From assembly GCA_001643675.2 (NCBI GenBank), contig LSRY02000009.1, positions 620,001 through 684,000 on the forward strand: a stretch of DNA of 64,000 bases, given 5' to 3'. Below the pieces are notes generated by a model. It was not told the origin of the DNA and did not search any database. It worked only from the letters and a program-made list of their open reading frames with translations. Each line of letters opens with the position of its first letter. Positions within the stretch are counted from its first letter, which is position 1. Made by a program: the position numbers and the translations under genes. Origin of the DNA: Monocercomonoides exilis PA203 (Eukaryota; Protista; Preaxostyla). Below, piece after piece: positions 1 through 12,729 of the stretch.

Positions 1-798
1 GCCATTTTCTGTTCCAAAAAAAATTTTCAAATCAAATAATTCCCGGGAAGAAGTCCTTTTTCGCAAACTGATTTGTATGTCGAATTGAAAACAATTCTGC
101 GAATTAATCCTCCTTATAATTAATGGATTGTTCTTCCTTTCCTCGCTTTCTTAACGCTTCTTGTTTCATTGCTTAATATTCAGCCAATTATGCACGTCAA
201 CGTACCACATTCAAATTTTCTAAAATATAGCCTTTTCGATATGTAGTATTTCATGCAATTTCATTCGACCTTAAATGCTGTTATTCAGGACAACAGATAA
301 ACATTTTTAAATTTATGACCATAATTGTTAAATAAAAATTTTCGGAATTAAACATTAATATGTTAAAAATATTTTTTTATCAATAAATGTTCTGATTTTT
401 CAGCACATTCGAATTGACAAAAAGGATCATGAAAATTTTTGTTGAGGGATTAATTGGTATAAACTTGGTCTTTTAGGAATAAATTTCTTATATTCGAATA
501 AACAAGTGTTATCCGGAATAAACTTTGGTTATTAGAATTTGTATATTTGTTTCAATAAAATTTTCTTATTCCATTATCATCAAATTATAATAATTCGTTC
601 CAAACTTTTTCTTCTGTCATATCGTAATCGTAATTTGAATTTAACATTCAAATGAATTTGAAAACAAAAATTTCATCGAGAAATATTATGGTTAAAAAAG
701 TGAGGAACATAATTCATAAACTGTTTATTTCGTTTTTGTTCTTTAATCAACAGAGTTTATTCAAACAAGCTACTTGCATTTGAAGTATAAGCTAATTA

Positions 799-1197
799 CA
801 GTTTGTGCAAAAAATACCGAACATCGCAAAAAATACCGGACAAGATCGATTTCTCAACAACCGCAAGAGGAATAATTCTGATAATTTTCCTCAAAATATA
901 TCTCATTAATACAAACTCATTTGAAAAACAAGACTTTCAAAATTGCCTCATTTTTTGCTTAGAAATAATTAATTATTCAAATGTCGGAGAAACTCAAAAT
1001 CCTATTTCCCCGAAATTTCGATAATAAATTTTTTCTGAGCACAATAGAGGTTATTATGAAAGCCTCGCTTATCTAATGAGTTTGTGTTAATGAGATATAT
1101 TTTGAGGAAAATTGTCAGAATTATTCCTCTTGCAGTTAGTGAGAAAACGATCTTGTCCGGTATTTTGTGCGATGTCCGGTATTTTATGCGATATCTG
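799..1197. mobile_element. Tc1/mariner-type MITE, 399 bp, ~175-bp imperfect TIRs, TA target-site duplication
   Basis: 799-~975 is the imperfect reverse complement of ~1021-1197 (e.g. AAAATACCGGACAAGATCG and GCAAGAGGAATAATTCTGA occur on both arms). Ends read TA|CAG...CTG|TA. No credible coding capacity. Confidence 0.88.
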
Positions 1198-1332
1198 TAA
1201 TTGATTCAATTTCATCGGTTGAAATATGGAAAAATCTATAAAAAAAAATAGAAGAATTGAGTGATAAAATTTTAGATCATAACTTTTTTATCGAATGAAA
1301 TAATCGGTTTTCTAATTTTGTTTTGAATATTT

Positions 1333-1538
1333 GGCTGATCCTTTTTGAAATCACACTTTCGTTTGAGTTTTGATCAAAATTTGAATTTCGATGGCACTAT
1401 GAAAAACCGAACCAAACTGATAATACACGATGTTAATGATGTTGTTTTTGCAAAAACATATTTTTGAAAAAAAATCCCATTGAGATTAAAATTTTGATCA
1501 AAACTCGAACGAAAGTGTGATTTCAAAAAGGATCAGCT
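1333..1538. mobile_element. MITE with ~60-bp TIRs related to the giant-element TIR family
   Basis: GCTGATCCTTTTTGAAATCACACTTTCGTTTGAGTTTTGATCAAAATTT (from 1334) is matched with 1 mismatch by the reverse complement ending at 1537. Flanks ATTT/AATT may be a degenerate 4-bp TSD. Confidence 0.8.
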
Positions 1539-1540
1539 AA

Positions 1541-1750
1541 TTATTATTAATCATGTGACAAGGAAATTGAACGAAAATGAAAACAATGAAATGGAGGAAG
1601 AGAACAGAAAGGAAATATTTTATGAATTATTTGAAATGATGGAAGAAGATAAATAAGAGGATATCATTGCAAGCTTTCAAGAAATTATAGTTTTCCTTAA
1701 CTTAGGGTTTCATAATTTATCGTTAGAGATTTCTGATCGTTTGGTTTATT
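1541..1750 (+). pseudogene. 3' fragment of the expanded 'EEEGYED' gene family
   Basis: Reads IINHVTRKLNENENNEMEEENRKE..FEMMEEDK*EDIIASFQE..SLEISD. Homologous to the C-terminus of 42391-43212, with an in-frame stop. Begins at the MITE end. Confidence 0.75.
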
Positions 1751-2168
1751 CCGAGAAAATGGGTTGTTTTCTTCGTTTTGCTGCTCAAAAAATATCCTTT
1801 TTTGTTAATATTTTTCATTTCACAATTTTGCAAGCCATTGAGCCTTTTTTGTCTTTTTTTCACTAACTTCTTTGGAAAGCAACAAAGAAAAGAAAGAAAG
1901 AAGGAAGGAATCACAAATGGTTGTTTTAAATATTTAGTATTCTTGAAGAAGATGAAAAAGAAGATGAAATATGCCTTGAAGAAATCAAAAAAACTCTGCT
2001 TTATTGAATCTGAAATGTGAAAAAAAAAACAAATCAAGAAGTGGAATAAAGTTGATTTTCGAAAAAATAAAATAAACTTTTCTTGAAAACAGAAAAAAGA
2101 ACAAGTATTTTGTTCAAATCAAATGAAGTTCAAAGACAAAAACACAAGATGAATCAAAAAGCCAAGAC

Positions 2169-2513
2169 TCAGCAATAAACAAAATAATCATCAATATATT
2201 CAACTAAAAATGATTCATAGAATACTTTTTTAATCTTGCAACAGCTGAATCTGATGACATAACCTTCGTATCCTTCTTCTTCCATCTTTTCATGCACTTT
2301 TCTTTTCATCTCTTTTCGTTCTGTTTCTTCGTTTTCATTATCTTCCTCTTCTTTCAATCGATTTGAAATTTCAATAAAGAATTCCAAGCAATCAGATGTT
2401 ATTTCGTCTTTCAACGTTGGTCGCTGAATCTCATTCAAAATGAGATCAGCTGCTCCACTTTTCAGAAAGTCAACAATCGTCACGGATCCTCCAAATGTTG
2501 AAATAATAAATAT
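2169..2513 (-). pseudogene. C-terminal half of a family gene split by the 16.5-kb transposon
   Basis: VDFLKSGAADLILNEIQRPTL...MEEEGYEG. Joins in frame to the 18997+ half when the element and one ATAT are removed. Confidence 0.92.
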
Positions 2514-2535
2514 GGGACATTATTTTCGAAATCAT
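2514..2535 (+). repeat. Left TIR GGGACATTATTTTCGAAATCAT
   Basis: Exact reverse complement of 18975-18996. Confidence 0.95.
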
Positions 2536-3739
2536 AAAAAATTTCGGGGGTTGTTTTTTCTGAAAAATGAATCCTGATTTCTGCTTTATAAACTCAAATA
2601 TCGTTTTGGTGAGCAAAAATATAAAATATTGAATTGATATTTAATCTATTTGTTCATTATTTTTTGATAGTTTATATTTTTTTGAAAAAGATCATTTGAG
2701 GAATAATTTATTTCACATTTCAGAAGATGGACTTTTTGTCAGCTGTAAGTGAATGGATAATTGTTAATGAATTTCAATAAACAAGTCAACTTCACGAATG
2801 TTTATGTTTATATGCACGAAGGAAATGTAAATGCATTATTATTTTCGTTGATGCATGATTGTTTGAAATATATTATTCATGACTCACAGCCCTGAAAGTT
2901 TTCTAAAAATAACATGGAAACATTATTTTTTAAAATTGATTCAATAGCCTAGTATCATGTTTTTCGAGTTCATAACAGCTTTTAAACTTTTTTTGTTATT
3001 TCTTTGACAACTGAATTATTAAGTGAAATTGATTGGTTCTCTTTTTGAATTTCATCGATCTTTTTTATTTTTTGAACGCTAACAAATATTTTAACAAAGA
3101 ATAGTAATAGAATTACCCTCATTTGTATTTTCATGAAAAAATTTCTGAAGTTTTTTCAGATGTGGAAATCACGTTTAATGCATATCATAATGAGATTTTC
3201 ACTAATTGAGTTACCAACAAGTTTAATTATTAACAAAATCAAAGTTATCTATTGCACAAAAATCAAAGAATCGATCACAAAATAGTCAAAGACAGTTTTT
3301 GTTTGTTTGTTTTCCTTATATGACATTTTGAAAAGTTTTATTCGGATAGAATATTAATTTTAGTTATGTTCAATTCATATTTTAGTTTATAGCGAGTGTT
3401 TTTTTTTATAAAAAGGTGATGGATTCATTTGTTTTTAATGTTTTATAATAATATTATTGGAGATTCAAAGTTCAAATAAATCATATTTTGTTCATGAAAA
3501 ACTTGTTCAACACATATGGTTGATAATTTTTTATAATTACTTTGAATTTTGCGATGTTGTTCAGGATTAACAATTGTGATTTAAAAATTGATTCGATTCA
3601 ACGATCCTTCGAGGAGAAGATTTTCGATATTATTTGGGTAGCTTTCAAAAAAAGTCGTTTGTTTTGTTTTCTTTTTCCTTTTTTTCTTGTGAAATTTAAC
3701 TGTCTCCATTTTCACGTTCATCTGATGAAACAACATGAA

Positions 3740-6700
3740 AAGCTGGCTATTGACTTGAAAGATTTTGTTTTATGTTGAGGTGAACATTCAATCACATCCT
3801 TCAAGTTTGATTTTGAAGAAGTTGTCGAACACAGGCTCTAAGCTTGATCAAATGATGAATCTGTATCAGTTGAGAATGTTGAAGAAATTGATTGCAAAGG
3901 TGTCTTTTTTCATGTTTCATCTTCTTTTTCATCTTCTTCAACCTTTTCCGATGTTTAATCAAGGATCTAATCTGTATCTTTTAAGAGAACATATTCTGTC
4001 GATCCACTCTCAGATTGAAGATGCTCTGATGATTCTGAATGCTCAATATTTGTCTCAAATTCCCTCTTCTTTATTATCTCTTCATTCTTTTTCTCAGCCT
4101 CTCTCTGCTCTCCTCCATTGCTCTTCAGGAGACATTTCCATCGTCACCATCTCAAATGCCTTTGGATCTTTTCTGATGTTGTCATTCACAATCTCCTTGT
4201 ATTTTTTCGCTTCATTCTTCGCCCTCCTCCACCGAACAATAAATATTATTGAAACAATCAGAACAATCAACAGTACCACAACAAGCACAATCACAATCAA
4301 CAACCAATAGGATTTCCCTTCTTTTCCTCCTTCAACCACTTTATCATTTCCAGTCTTTGGTTCTGTTTTGTTCTTCAGAATCTGTGGTGAAGTTGAAGCC
4401 AATTGCTTTCCAAACAATATCATCACAAACACCTCTGTTTCATCTGAAGCCAATGAAATATTTTCTGATGGAACTCTTCCAATCACCTCTGTTTCTGAAA
4501 GATAGCTATATTTCTCAAACTGATATGTCTCAACCAACTCCAAATTCCCAGTTTTTTATTCAAATCTGAATGACAAGTCACAGGGCATAAAAAGTGATCC
4601 CTTGAATTTCACAACAATGTTGCTTCCATTTTCACTGATTGAAACCTCTTCCAATTTGGGAATGAAAAATGGAGATGGTCTTTCAGCCGCTACCCCTTCA
4701 AGTGTGCATCCATCATAAAGAATCCAAAGAGAAGAATTCCTCTCTTGTCCATCTCCGCCTTTCAAACTGGAGATGGTCAATGAAGCAGAATCCGAGCAAA
4801 TAATGTTTCTTCTCATCGATGGATATTTTTCAATGAATGGATTGTTGCTCAAAAACTCTCCTTTCTCGATTTTCACATTACCAGAAGATATGGATAATCC
4901 GCCTAATGAAGAATTCGAAATTGTTATGTATTTCATCACTAACGAAGTATTTGATGAATGAACAAGCAATCCATTCCATTGACAGATATCTGTCATTGCA
5001 TTCAAATTCTCAGTTTCATTTTCTTTCATAAACACTCCTTCAAGCTCACACATGTGCATAGAAACATCCTTTGTATTGCTTATCTCCACGATGTTTTCTT
5101 TATCAGAGCGAGAAACGCCTTAAAACAATAACAACTGCAAAGAACTGCATGAGTAAATGATGAAAAAACATACAGAACAGAAGCTCTTTCTGATTTTATC
5201 GAATGGTTGTTGAATGAAGCAGTTCCAAATGAAATTGAACTCAAGTACGAATCACCAATTTCAATGATGCAGTTTTCTTATGATAAAACTTCATCTGTAG
5301 ATACTCCGTTTCATGCAACACTTCCACATTCGCGAAGCACAATAACTTTTCTTTTAGATTAATTCTTTTTCGGCTTTCCATTCGTCAACAAAATCTGATC
5401 TCTCCAACGCAGAAAAGAAGGCTTCTTGAATGAAAACATCTTCCCTGTGAAGTTATCAACATGCGAAATTCTAAGTTTGATGTTCAACAAAGTTGATTTC
5501 GGTAAAGAAGGTCGAGCGCAGTCAGATCGAACAACTTATGAAAAATTACCAACCAAAAGAGAAAGTCGAATACTTGCATCGCGAATGACTGATCAGTGGA
5601 AATACTAAAATGATTGACAGAAATAAAATTTCGCATTCTTTATCCAAGCTCTCTCTCTCTGACGTTGTGATGATTCTTTCTCAGTCGTTGGTGGTAGTTG
5701 AGTTCAAGAATTCAAAAGCTGATGAAGGATATTGAAGAGAGTGGATGCTTATATCTTGAACGCTTCACACACCAAGAAAAACAGTTTGCTCCATGTCAGT
5801 AGTTGAGAGAAACACGATGGAACGATATGTTTCACTCCCACATTTAGCGACTCGCAAGGTGCATTGAACTCTGCACATTATTTGATGTCTGCTTGTTTGT
5901 TTACATTCATAGACACAAATGTTATCTCTCTCCGATATTTCATAATTCTCATCAGAAGATTTCTCCTGCTTCAAACGAGTCTGCTGTGCATCCCCACATT
6001 GCCAGCTCTTTCACAAATGGTGCTTTGAAAAAAAAGGTATTGTTTATCTGTAATTTGTGTATCGATTGAGTGGCATCGAACATAAACATCTCTCCCTCTC
6101 AATGCAGAGTTGTCTCTGAATGTGATATTTGACAGAACAAAATTCAGAGGCTTCTCATCCATTGAGGTTCATTCCAGAAATAGTCGGCCTCCTCTTCCTG
6201 TGGTTGAGCAGAAGCATTCAGAAATCGTGCAAAATGAGCAATCGAAGCTTCCTCCCTCATTCAACACACAAAACATTTCTCCTCCCTTTCCACACCTCAT
6301 TCCCCCACATTTCTTCATCGTTGTGTTTCGTACAACTATCTTGGTTAGCTGTTTGTTGTAATTTCTTATGATGGGAATGCCATCTGTTGTGTACTGGGTG
6401 ACTTCTTCGAATATGCTCAACTCAATAACAACATCTTGTTCTGCTTCATTTCTCTCTTTCCCCAAACTCTTTGATATCCTCAATCCGCTTGCTCCTTCCA
6501 ACTCAATATTCTTTATCGTCAGATTTTTAAAGTTCAATATTGTTGTTGACAGAACAGAAATAACATCTTTTGAAAAGCAAAGTGATTGCATTGACACAAA
6601 TTCCAACGCAACTGTTCCTTCATCTACCATTATCATCCTATAATGAGTCAGTTCTTCTCTCTCATCTCCTTTTTTGTGAAAGAGCAGTCTTTCAGAGTCA

Positions 6701-7030
6701 ACAATCCTTCTCTTGAGCCAACATGCTTCAAATAACTGACTCCATCTGTGAATGAAGAAAGAATGACAAAATTTATCAATTCAAAAAAGGTGATGTTCCA
6801 TATCTTCATTACCGCTCCTTCTCCTTAAAGCAATTATGCGCATTCAAAAGTTCCCACGATGTTGTTATCATTCGATTTTGTTTCAGCAACGCTAAGATCC
6901 AAAAATATCGGAGTACTCTTTTTCCAATGATTCTAATGTTTCTTTCGTATCAAATTAGTTATTTGTGATAATTCTCATTGAAAATTTATTGATAAACACA
7001 GATAATGATAAATAAAAACAATGTCGACAT
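3740..7030 (-). pseudogene. Degenerate pectin-lyase-fold/polymorphic surface protein with a C-terminal TM helix (element cargo)
   Basis: Broken ORFs 6169-6636 (GKGGEMFC..STTGRGG), 5971-6162 (FRDNSALRGRDVYV), 4556-5089 and 4094-4543 (TM WLLIVIVLVVVLLIVLIVSIIFIV followed by RWRR). Many frameshifts and stops. Confidence 0.75.
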
Positions 7031-7119
7031 TGAAAAAATACATAAACGAAAACAAAAATATTGAGTTACAAACTTCAAACGAGGAATTTTGTTTGTTTTG
7101 TAATGAGTTAAGAGAAAGT

Positions 7120-7217
7120 CCACCCTGGGAGGCTGATTCTGGACCCAAAGCCTTCAAGGGATTGTACTGGACCGGTCACAGCACAATCCCAGGACGGAAT
7201 CAGCCTAGCCCCATTTT
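7120..7217. other. GC-rich nested stem-loop (candidate structured RNA or cis element)
   Basis: Outer stem AGGCTGATTC 7130-7139 / GAATCAGCCT 7197-7206. Inner stem GGGATTGTACTG 7158-7169 / CAGCACAATCCC 7179-7190. Followed by a T5 run on +. Confidence 0.55.
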
Positions 7218-7349
7218 TGCATAAAAGCAAAAATAAGGGTACCCAGATAAAAATGCTTTACGCATTTATATCTGAGCTTGAGCAGCAGACATTTCAAAAA
7301 ACTCATCAACAAAACAAACAAAATTTCATAAAAACACAACAAAAAATAC

Positions 7350-10300
7350 TCAAATATCATTAGTTGGATTAAAGAACAATAATTTATCAAGCTTTTCCCT
7401 CTCTTTGTACATTCTTTTAGTGTTTATTCCAGGTGACAAAGTGGTCGATTTATGATAATACTCCTTTGATGTTTTTTTGGGGCGCTCATCTCTTTCTCTT
7501 TTTTCTCGAAATGCTGTTGCAAATGTCCCTTTTGAATTAAAAGGAGATGAAACCGATCGAAATACTTTATTTCCGCGCTTTTCATAAAATAAATATGTCT
7601 TCAAAGAACTGACTACCATTTTTTTCCATAGAATTTTGTTGGATGGATTGTGCCTGTTATTTATCAAAAGACATAATAAAGATGTTTCAAATAAAAATGC
7701 AAGTGAATCAAAAATGAAAACAAATAAAAAGCAAACTTCAGAAAGTGACGGTGAGTTTTGGCACAATAGGAAATATTATTGTCATCAAATGAACCTGTGA
7801 GATAGGAATTAATTTCAAAGAATTTTATAAGTTCATCGATATTGCAAATTACAGTATTGTTATCCAATTTGTTATTAATGCATTGCGAAAGATGCCCGAA
7901 CTCTCCGTCGCACTCGCACTTTCCGTGCTTTTCGCAAAAGAATGACAAAGATATTGTTTTATCCTTTGCAAACGAAGAATTGTTTGAAAGAAGAAAGTGC
8001 ATCAGTTGAGAGTTTCGGAAATGTGATCCTGTATCACACATGAATCGAAACACTTTCTTTTTTTCAAAAATCGGATTTGATAAGACTTGTTGCAAACATT
8101 CTATTGTGAACTTGTAGTCATGAGACAAAACGTTGGAAAAAAAGTTGAAAATGTGTTTCTCTTTGTTTTCGTTTTCATCTTTCAAGTACGCTATAACACA
8201 GAATTGAGACACTTCAACTTTGTTGTAAAAATCTCGACTTATTTGATTCTTTCTGATCGGCAAGGACCAGTTTTCTTTGTAATCAAACAATAGAAGAGCC
8301 TCATCCTGCGTGAAATTATTTTTTAAGTGTCGAAAGTATTGTTGTTGATTATTGGCCAATATGCGGTGTTTTTCAATCAGTCGTTTCGTTGCTTTCTCTT
8401 CATTGTTAAGTTGTTCAGATCGCTGGAATAAAAGTTTCTCCTTATTCTTTAGTGAAGAGTACACCTCACACAAATCACAGACGTCCGTTCTCCTCGTTGC
8501 CCTTTTTATGCGTCGGGTCCTTTTGTAGAATTGACTTTTTGACATTTTTATCTTTGTTTCTTTAACAAACTTTTCATATAATTCTGATTTTGTCGTATTG
8601 ATAATCCTGATAGGTTGCTTTGAACATTGAAGATTTTCTTGTTCATGTGAAGGAATAAGAGTTTTTCCAATTTCTCTGACGTCTGTGTTGTTCACTGGAT
8701 TTCTTGTCGAAAATGATAGTTTTGAAGAATCGATTGATTCATTTGGAACATGTTTTGATATGTTGTTTGGCGAATGATTGTTTGAATGAATTGTTTCAAA
8801 ATTATTGGACGAAGCATTTTTTGGAGCATTTGTGTCTTTCCGATCTGTTGGAGAATGATGAATATGCTTATTATGAAATGAAATGTCAGCAGAATTGTCG
8901 CTATTTTCATCCGAAGTGTTGTTTGATTTTGATTGCGATAATAAAGAGAAGGACGCTGATGAAACCTGAGAATAATGAAGTGGTTGGGTTATCAAAGATA
9001 ATTCGTTTGATGATATATTTGTTGGTGAAGCGAAGTTTTTTGATATTGAATGATGTGGATGAAGTGGTTGAACTCTATTTTGCCTTTCTTCTTCATTGCA
9101 AACTTGATAAGAAACATCATCATGAAATGAGAGAGAGTTGTGACAGCTGATTGACTGATAATAATCATTCGAAATATGATAGTCAAGCAAATTAGGCGAT
9201 AAAATATCTGTAACAATTTCGTCAACATTGCTGTCAATTTTTTTATACACAGAAAGGATCGGATGCGATCCCTTGTTAATATGCGTTTCAATTACGGTTG
9301 TTATGCTATCACGAATAGGCGAAATTTCATCGTCATTACACATGCACCACCCACTTAAATTTAGCTTTAGAAAATTCGAACACTTCTTACTTTGCACAAT
9401 TGAGTAAAAATGACCATGTTGATTGTCTCCTTGATAAAATAGAAGTCCTATCAGTGTGTAGTTAATTGAGCCTCTCTTCAAATCTCTATCAACAGAAATG
9501 GAATAACTGTCTTTTTTGAAAGACAACGTCTCGTTTATTTGGAAATTGATATCTCTTTTATTTCCTGCAGGTTCCAAAGAAACCGAAAGAATTTGAGGAA
9601 ATTGTTCCATTTTCAAATGACTTAGTTGAAAAGTTTCTGACTGACAATGCTCACAGAAAGCGTATCTGTTATTCTTGTTGCTGGTTTCCATTTTGAATGA
9701 AGTATTAAATGCTTCGGTGCAACTGGATCCGACTAGTCGTATAATTGGTGTCGACTCGAATGGACCATTCACTGAGCAATGACATTTTGAACAATGTCTT
9801 GGAAATGACAAACTTGTGTTCACCTGATACGCAAAGTTAGGAATGATTATTGATAAATCATTGAACAAATCCAAGAAAGTTTCATAGAATTCTTGCTGCA
9901 ATCCTTGTCTCAGTTTATGCCTTTTTTCAAATTGTCTTAGAAAAAATGGTGACCATCTTTGTTTCAATTGTGAATTCTTTGTTTTGACAATAATTTCCTC
10001 TGAAACGAGATGTAAAAGATTTGAAAAATAAGAAGTGAACGTTCCATTTCGAATGGGTAAATCTGGACATTGAACAATAATTGCTCGAAATATTTGAATT
10101 TGTGAAGCCAGATAACAACTGTTTCCTAAATTTGTTAAGCTGAAAATATTTGCTCCTTCATCTTCGTTTTGGTTATCCTGAGTGACAAGCTCCTGATCAA
10201 TAATCATATTCTGATCCGAATGTTTGTCAAGCACATCCGTCATTATGTCAGAGGAATAGTTATTAATTATATCTTCTTCTACGTCCATTAATATGCTAGG

Positions 10301-11312
10301 ATCAAGATTTTCCGTAATTTCTTGATATTCCTCATTCTCGTAATAATTCTCTATCGGTGAACTTTGACAATGACTTTGAGAAACATGATAATATTCTCCC
10401 AGAAGATTTGTTTGTGTTCTTGAAATGTCGTGCATATCTGATAAGCTGTTGTTATCCATTGGATGTGTTTCGATGTATGTTCCAGAGATAATATTATTCT
10501 CTTCAAAATCGCTATTTTCTAGAAAATAATCTCCCAATGGATCAATGTCTATTTCCATGTTGTCTTCCCCATTCAATATCGCGAAATCATTGACATTTGC
10601 TAAATTTTCCTCTTTGAAGAAAAAAAATATTTTTAAAAATTTTCATTTTCTTTTCATCAAAAATTCATAATATTGCAAACTATTTTTGGAACTGATGATT
10701 CTTCGTGATCCTTCAGATGATTCAGTCGAATTGGCAGAAATAAATTCTGAAAATCTCTTTTCTTCGTCGTTGCTGAGTTCTTATTTCAAATTTTCAAAAT
10801 AGTAAATATTTTCATTTAAGATACAAAAAACAAACTTCTTTTTGATGGAGGCATTTTAGGCTTTTGAGCACGAGATATTTCTAAAGATGAAGAAGAGCTG
10901 CTTTGCTTCGAATAATTGTAATTTCCTTGTGTGCAGTGGAATCCAAAGTCCAACAGCTGATGAAATGAATATTCATGACACACAGTCTTGAGTATTGTGA
11001 CTTTCGTATGAGCGTTATCTTCTGTATTGGATGCCGATGCAAGACGCATTATAACGTATTTATCCTTTTCTTTATGTTTCAGTGAATGTTTATTTTTAAA
11101 CAATGAAAACATTTATTTCAACAAAAAATCATACCGTTGAATATGTTTTGCAACTCGGAAAACAATTTCTTTCCTTTGTTTGTGTGAATGAACATGTAAG
11201 TCAAGCAGTTAACTATATCTTCCCCTGATATGCCATTCAAATATTCCCAAGCAGCATTGCACTTCTCGCTTTTTCTTGATGGAGAAAGCAAAGAAAATTT
11301 CTTTTTTTCCAT
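7350..11312 (-). CDS. Sola2-like DDD transposase with an internal USP (peptidase C19) domain; 5 exons, ~1229 aa
   Basis: Exons 11312-11135, 11069-10836, 10779-10681, 10611-7737 and 7653-7350 are joined in frame by GT-AG introns of 65, 56, 69 and 83 nt. Transposase motifs: TDVCDLC, FDYKENW, CDTGSHFRN, FFCEKHGKCECDGEFG. USP boxes: NLGNSCY, QQEFYE, GHFYS, WCMCNDDEI. Start codon uncertain (frame open to 11354). Confidence 0.85.
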
Positions 11313-12729
11313 TTGGAGTTCAGAAAAAAATGTCTCAGCAAATGAGAGGTCCAATTAAAGGGAATGGTTGTATTATTTATATTTCATTCTATGAATTTCA
11401 TTTCAGATTGCAAAGAAGTGTTGCAGTTATTCAATCTCATTTTACGTGTGACTTGATTTTCACAACAATATTTTCGTTAACTTTTTGTGTACTTTTGAGT
11501 CAATGAATAATTTTTATCAATTCACTGCTCGATTCATCTTATTTCATAATAATTAAAAGAAAACAATTGCCGATTTATTAATCACATGTTTTCCAAAGCA
11601 AATGACATTTACGAAAACCGTATTAATCGCATAAGCAAACAATCCGAAGAAAGAGAATGATAACGTTCATTCGATGTTATGAAAAAAGAAAAAGTTTTTA
11701 TTTGACGATGAGAGTGACAAAAAAATAAATAAAAGGAAGTGCTTCATTCAGACTGCTAAGCTTTCACGAAGTGTGCACTGAAGAGAATTTTAGAATTCCA
11801 TAAGGTTACTGAAATAGCTATTTCCTATTTTTTATAGACGATACACTTTTGTTTTCATCTCATCCTTCCTCTTTATATGAGTCATTTTTCTTAACATTTA
11901 GTCATTCAACTCCAATTTCAGTTGATTATGCATCAGTTCTCAAATGTTATCTTGGAATGCAAACAAACAAAAAGAAGATTTTGTTGAAGCACTCATTCAA
12001 GTCAGTTCTATTGAAGAGAATACTTTTTCTTTTTTTAACATCGTTTTCTCCAATAGCAAAATATTCTTCATTTTTCACAGAAATTGATGTTTATTCATCA
12101 TTATCAACAATTACTTAATCATCTCTTCCTCTTTTCTTTCTCCTTCTTCTTTTCTTCGTTTTCTTTCTCCATCTGTAACTTCTCCATTGAAACCGCTAAC
12201 TTTCTGCAGCAGATGACCGGCTTGCACTACTTCATCTTGATATAAATAAATTTGCATTCTTTCAAATTTTGACGTTCTTTTGTCAAACGTTATTGAATGA
12301 CCAAGAGTTAACATTTTCCATCCTCGAATTACTGTTGTCACAAGTTGGTTTGAGATCATCAAGCACATAAATCAACTGTGCAATAAGCTGCAAGCAGCTC
12401 TCTTTCTTGAACAATGTCTTTTGATGAACAGAATTCATAAGCGAAAAAAAAAGAAAAACGCAAAATAAGAGAGACATGAAAGAAATTTCTTTTTCTTTGA
12501 CAATAAAACAATCTCCTTCATTTCTTCTTCCCTTTTCAATATCTCTTTTCTTTTCAATTTTCACCATTTCTATCAACCTTTGATAGAAGTTAGCTCCTCT
12601 CCACTTTTCTTTCTTTTTGCAAACAATTTATCTTTTCCTTCTTCCCATTTCAATTTCTTTCTGCATTATCTTTAAGTTCCCTTTAGTCGACTTAAGTGTA
12701 CTCTGAACAATGCTCACTTTTGAACATTC

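Noticed and set aside
7120-7350. Hairpin as a Fanzor/TnpB omega-RNA
   Set aside because: No RuvC/zinc-finger TnpB-like ORF is nearby, and the hairpin is not at an element end.
7100-11900. The USP-transposase as a separate nested element with its own TIRs
   Set aside because: I found no inverted termini or TSD closely flanking the gene, and the outer GGG termini with a 4-bp TSD fit a Sola2-like enzyme. Not fully excluded without aligning other copies.
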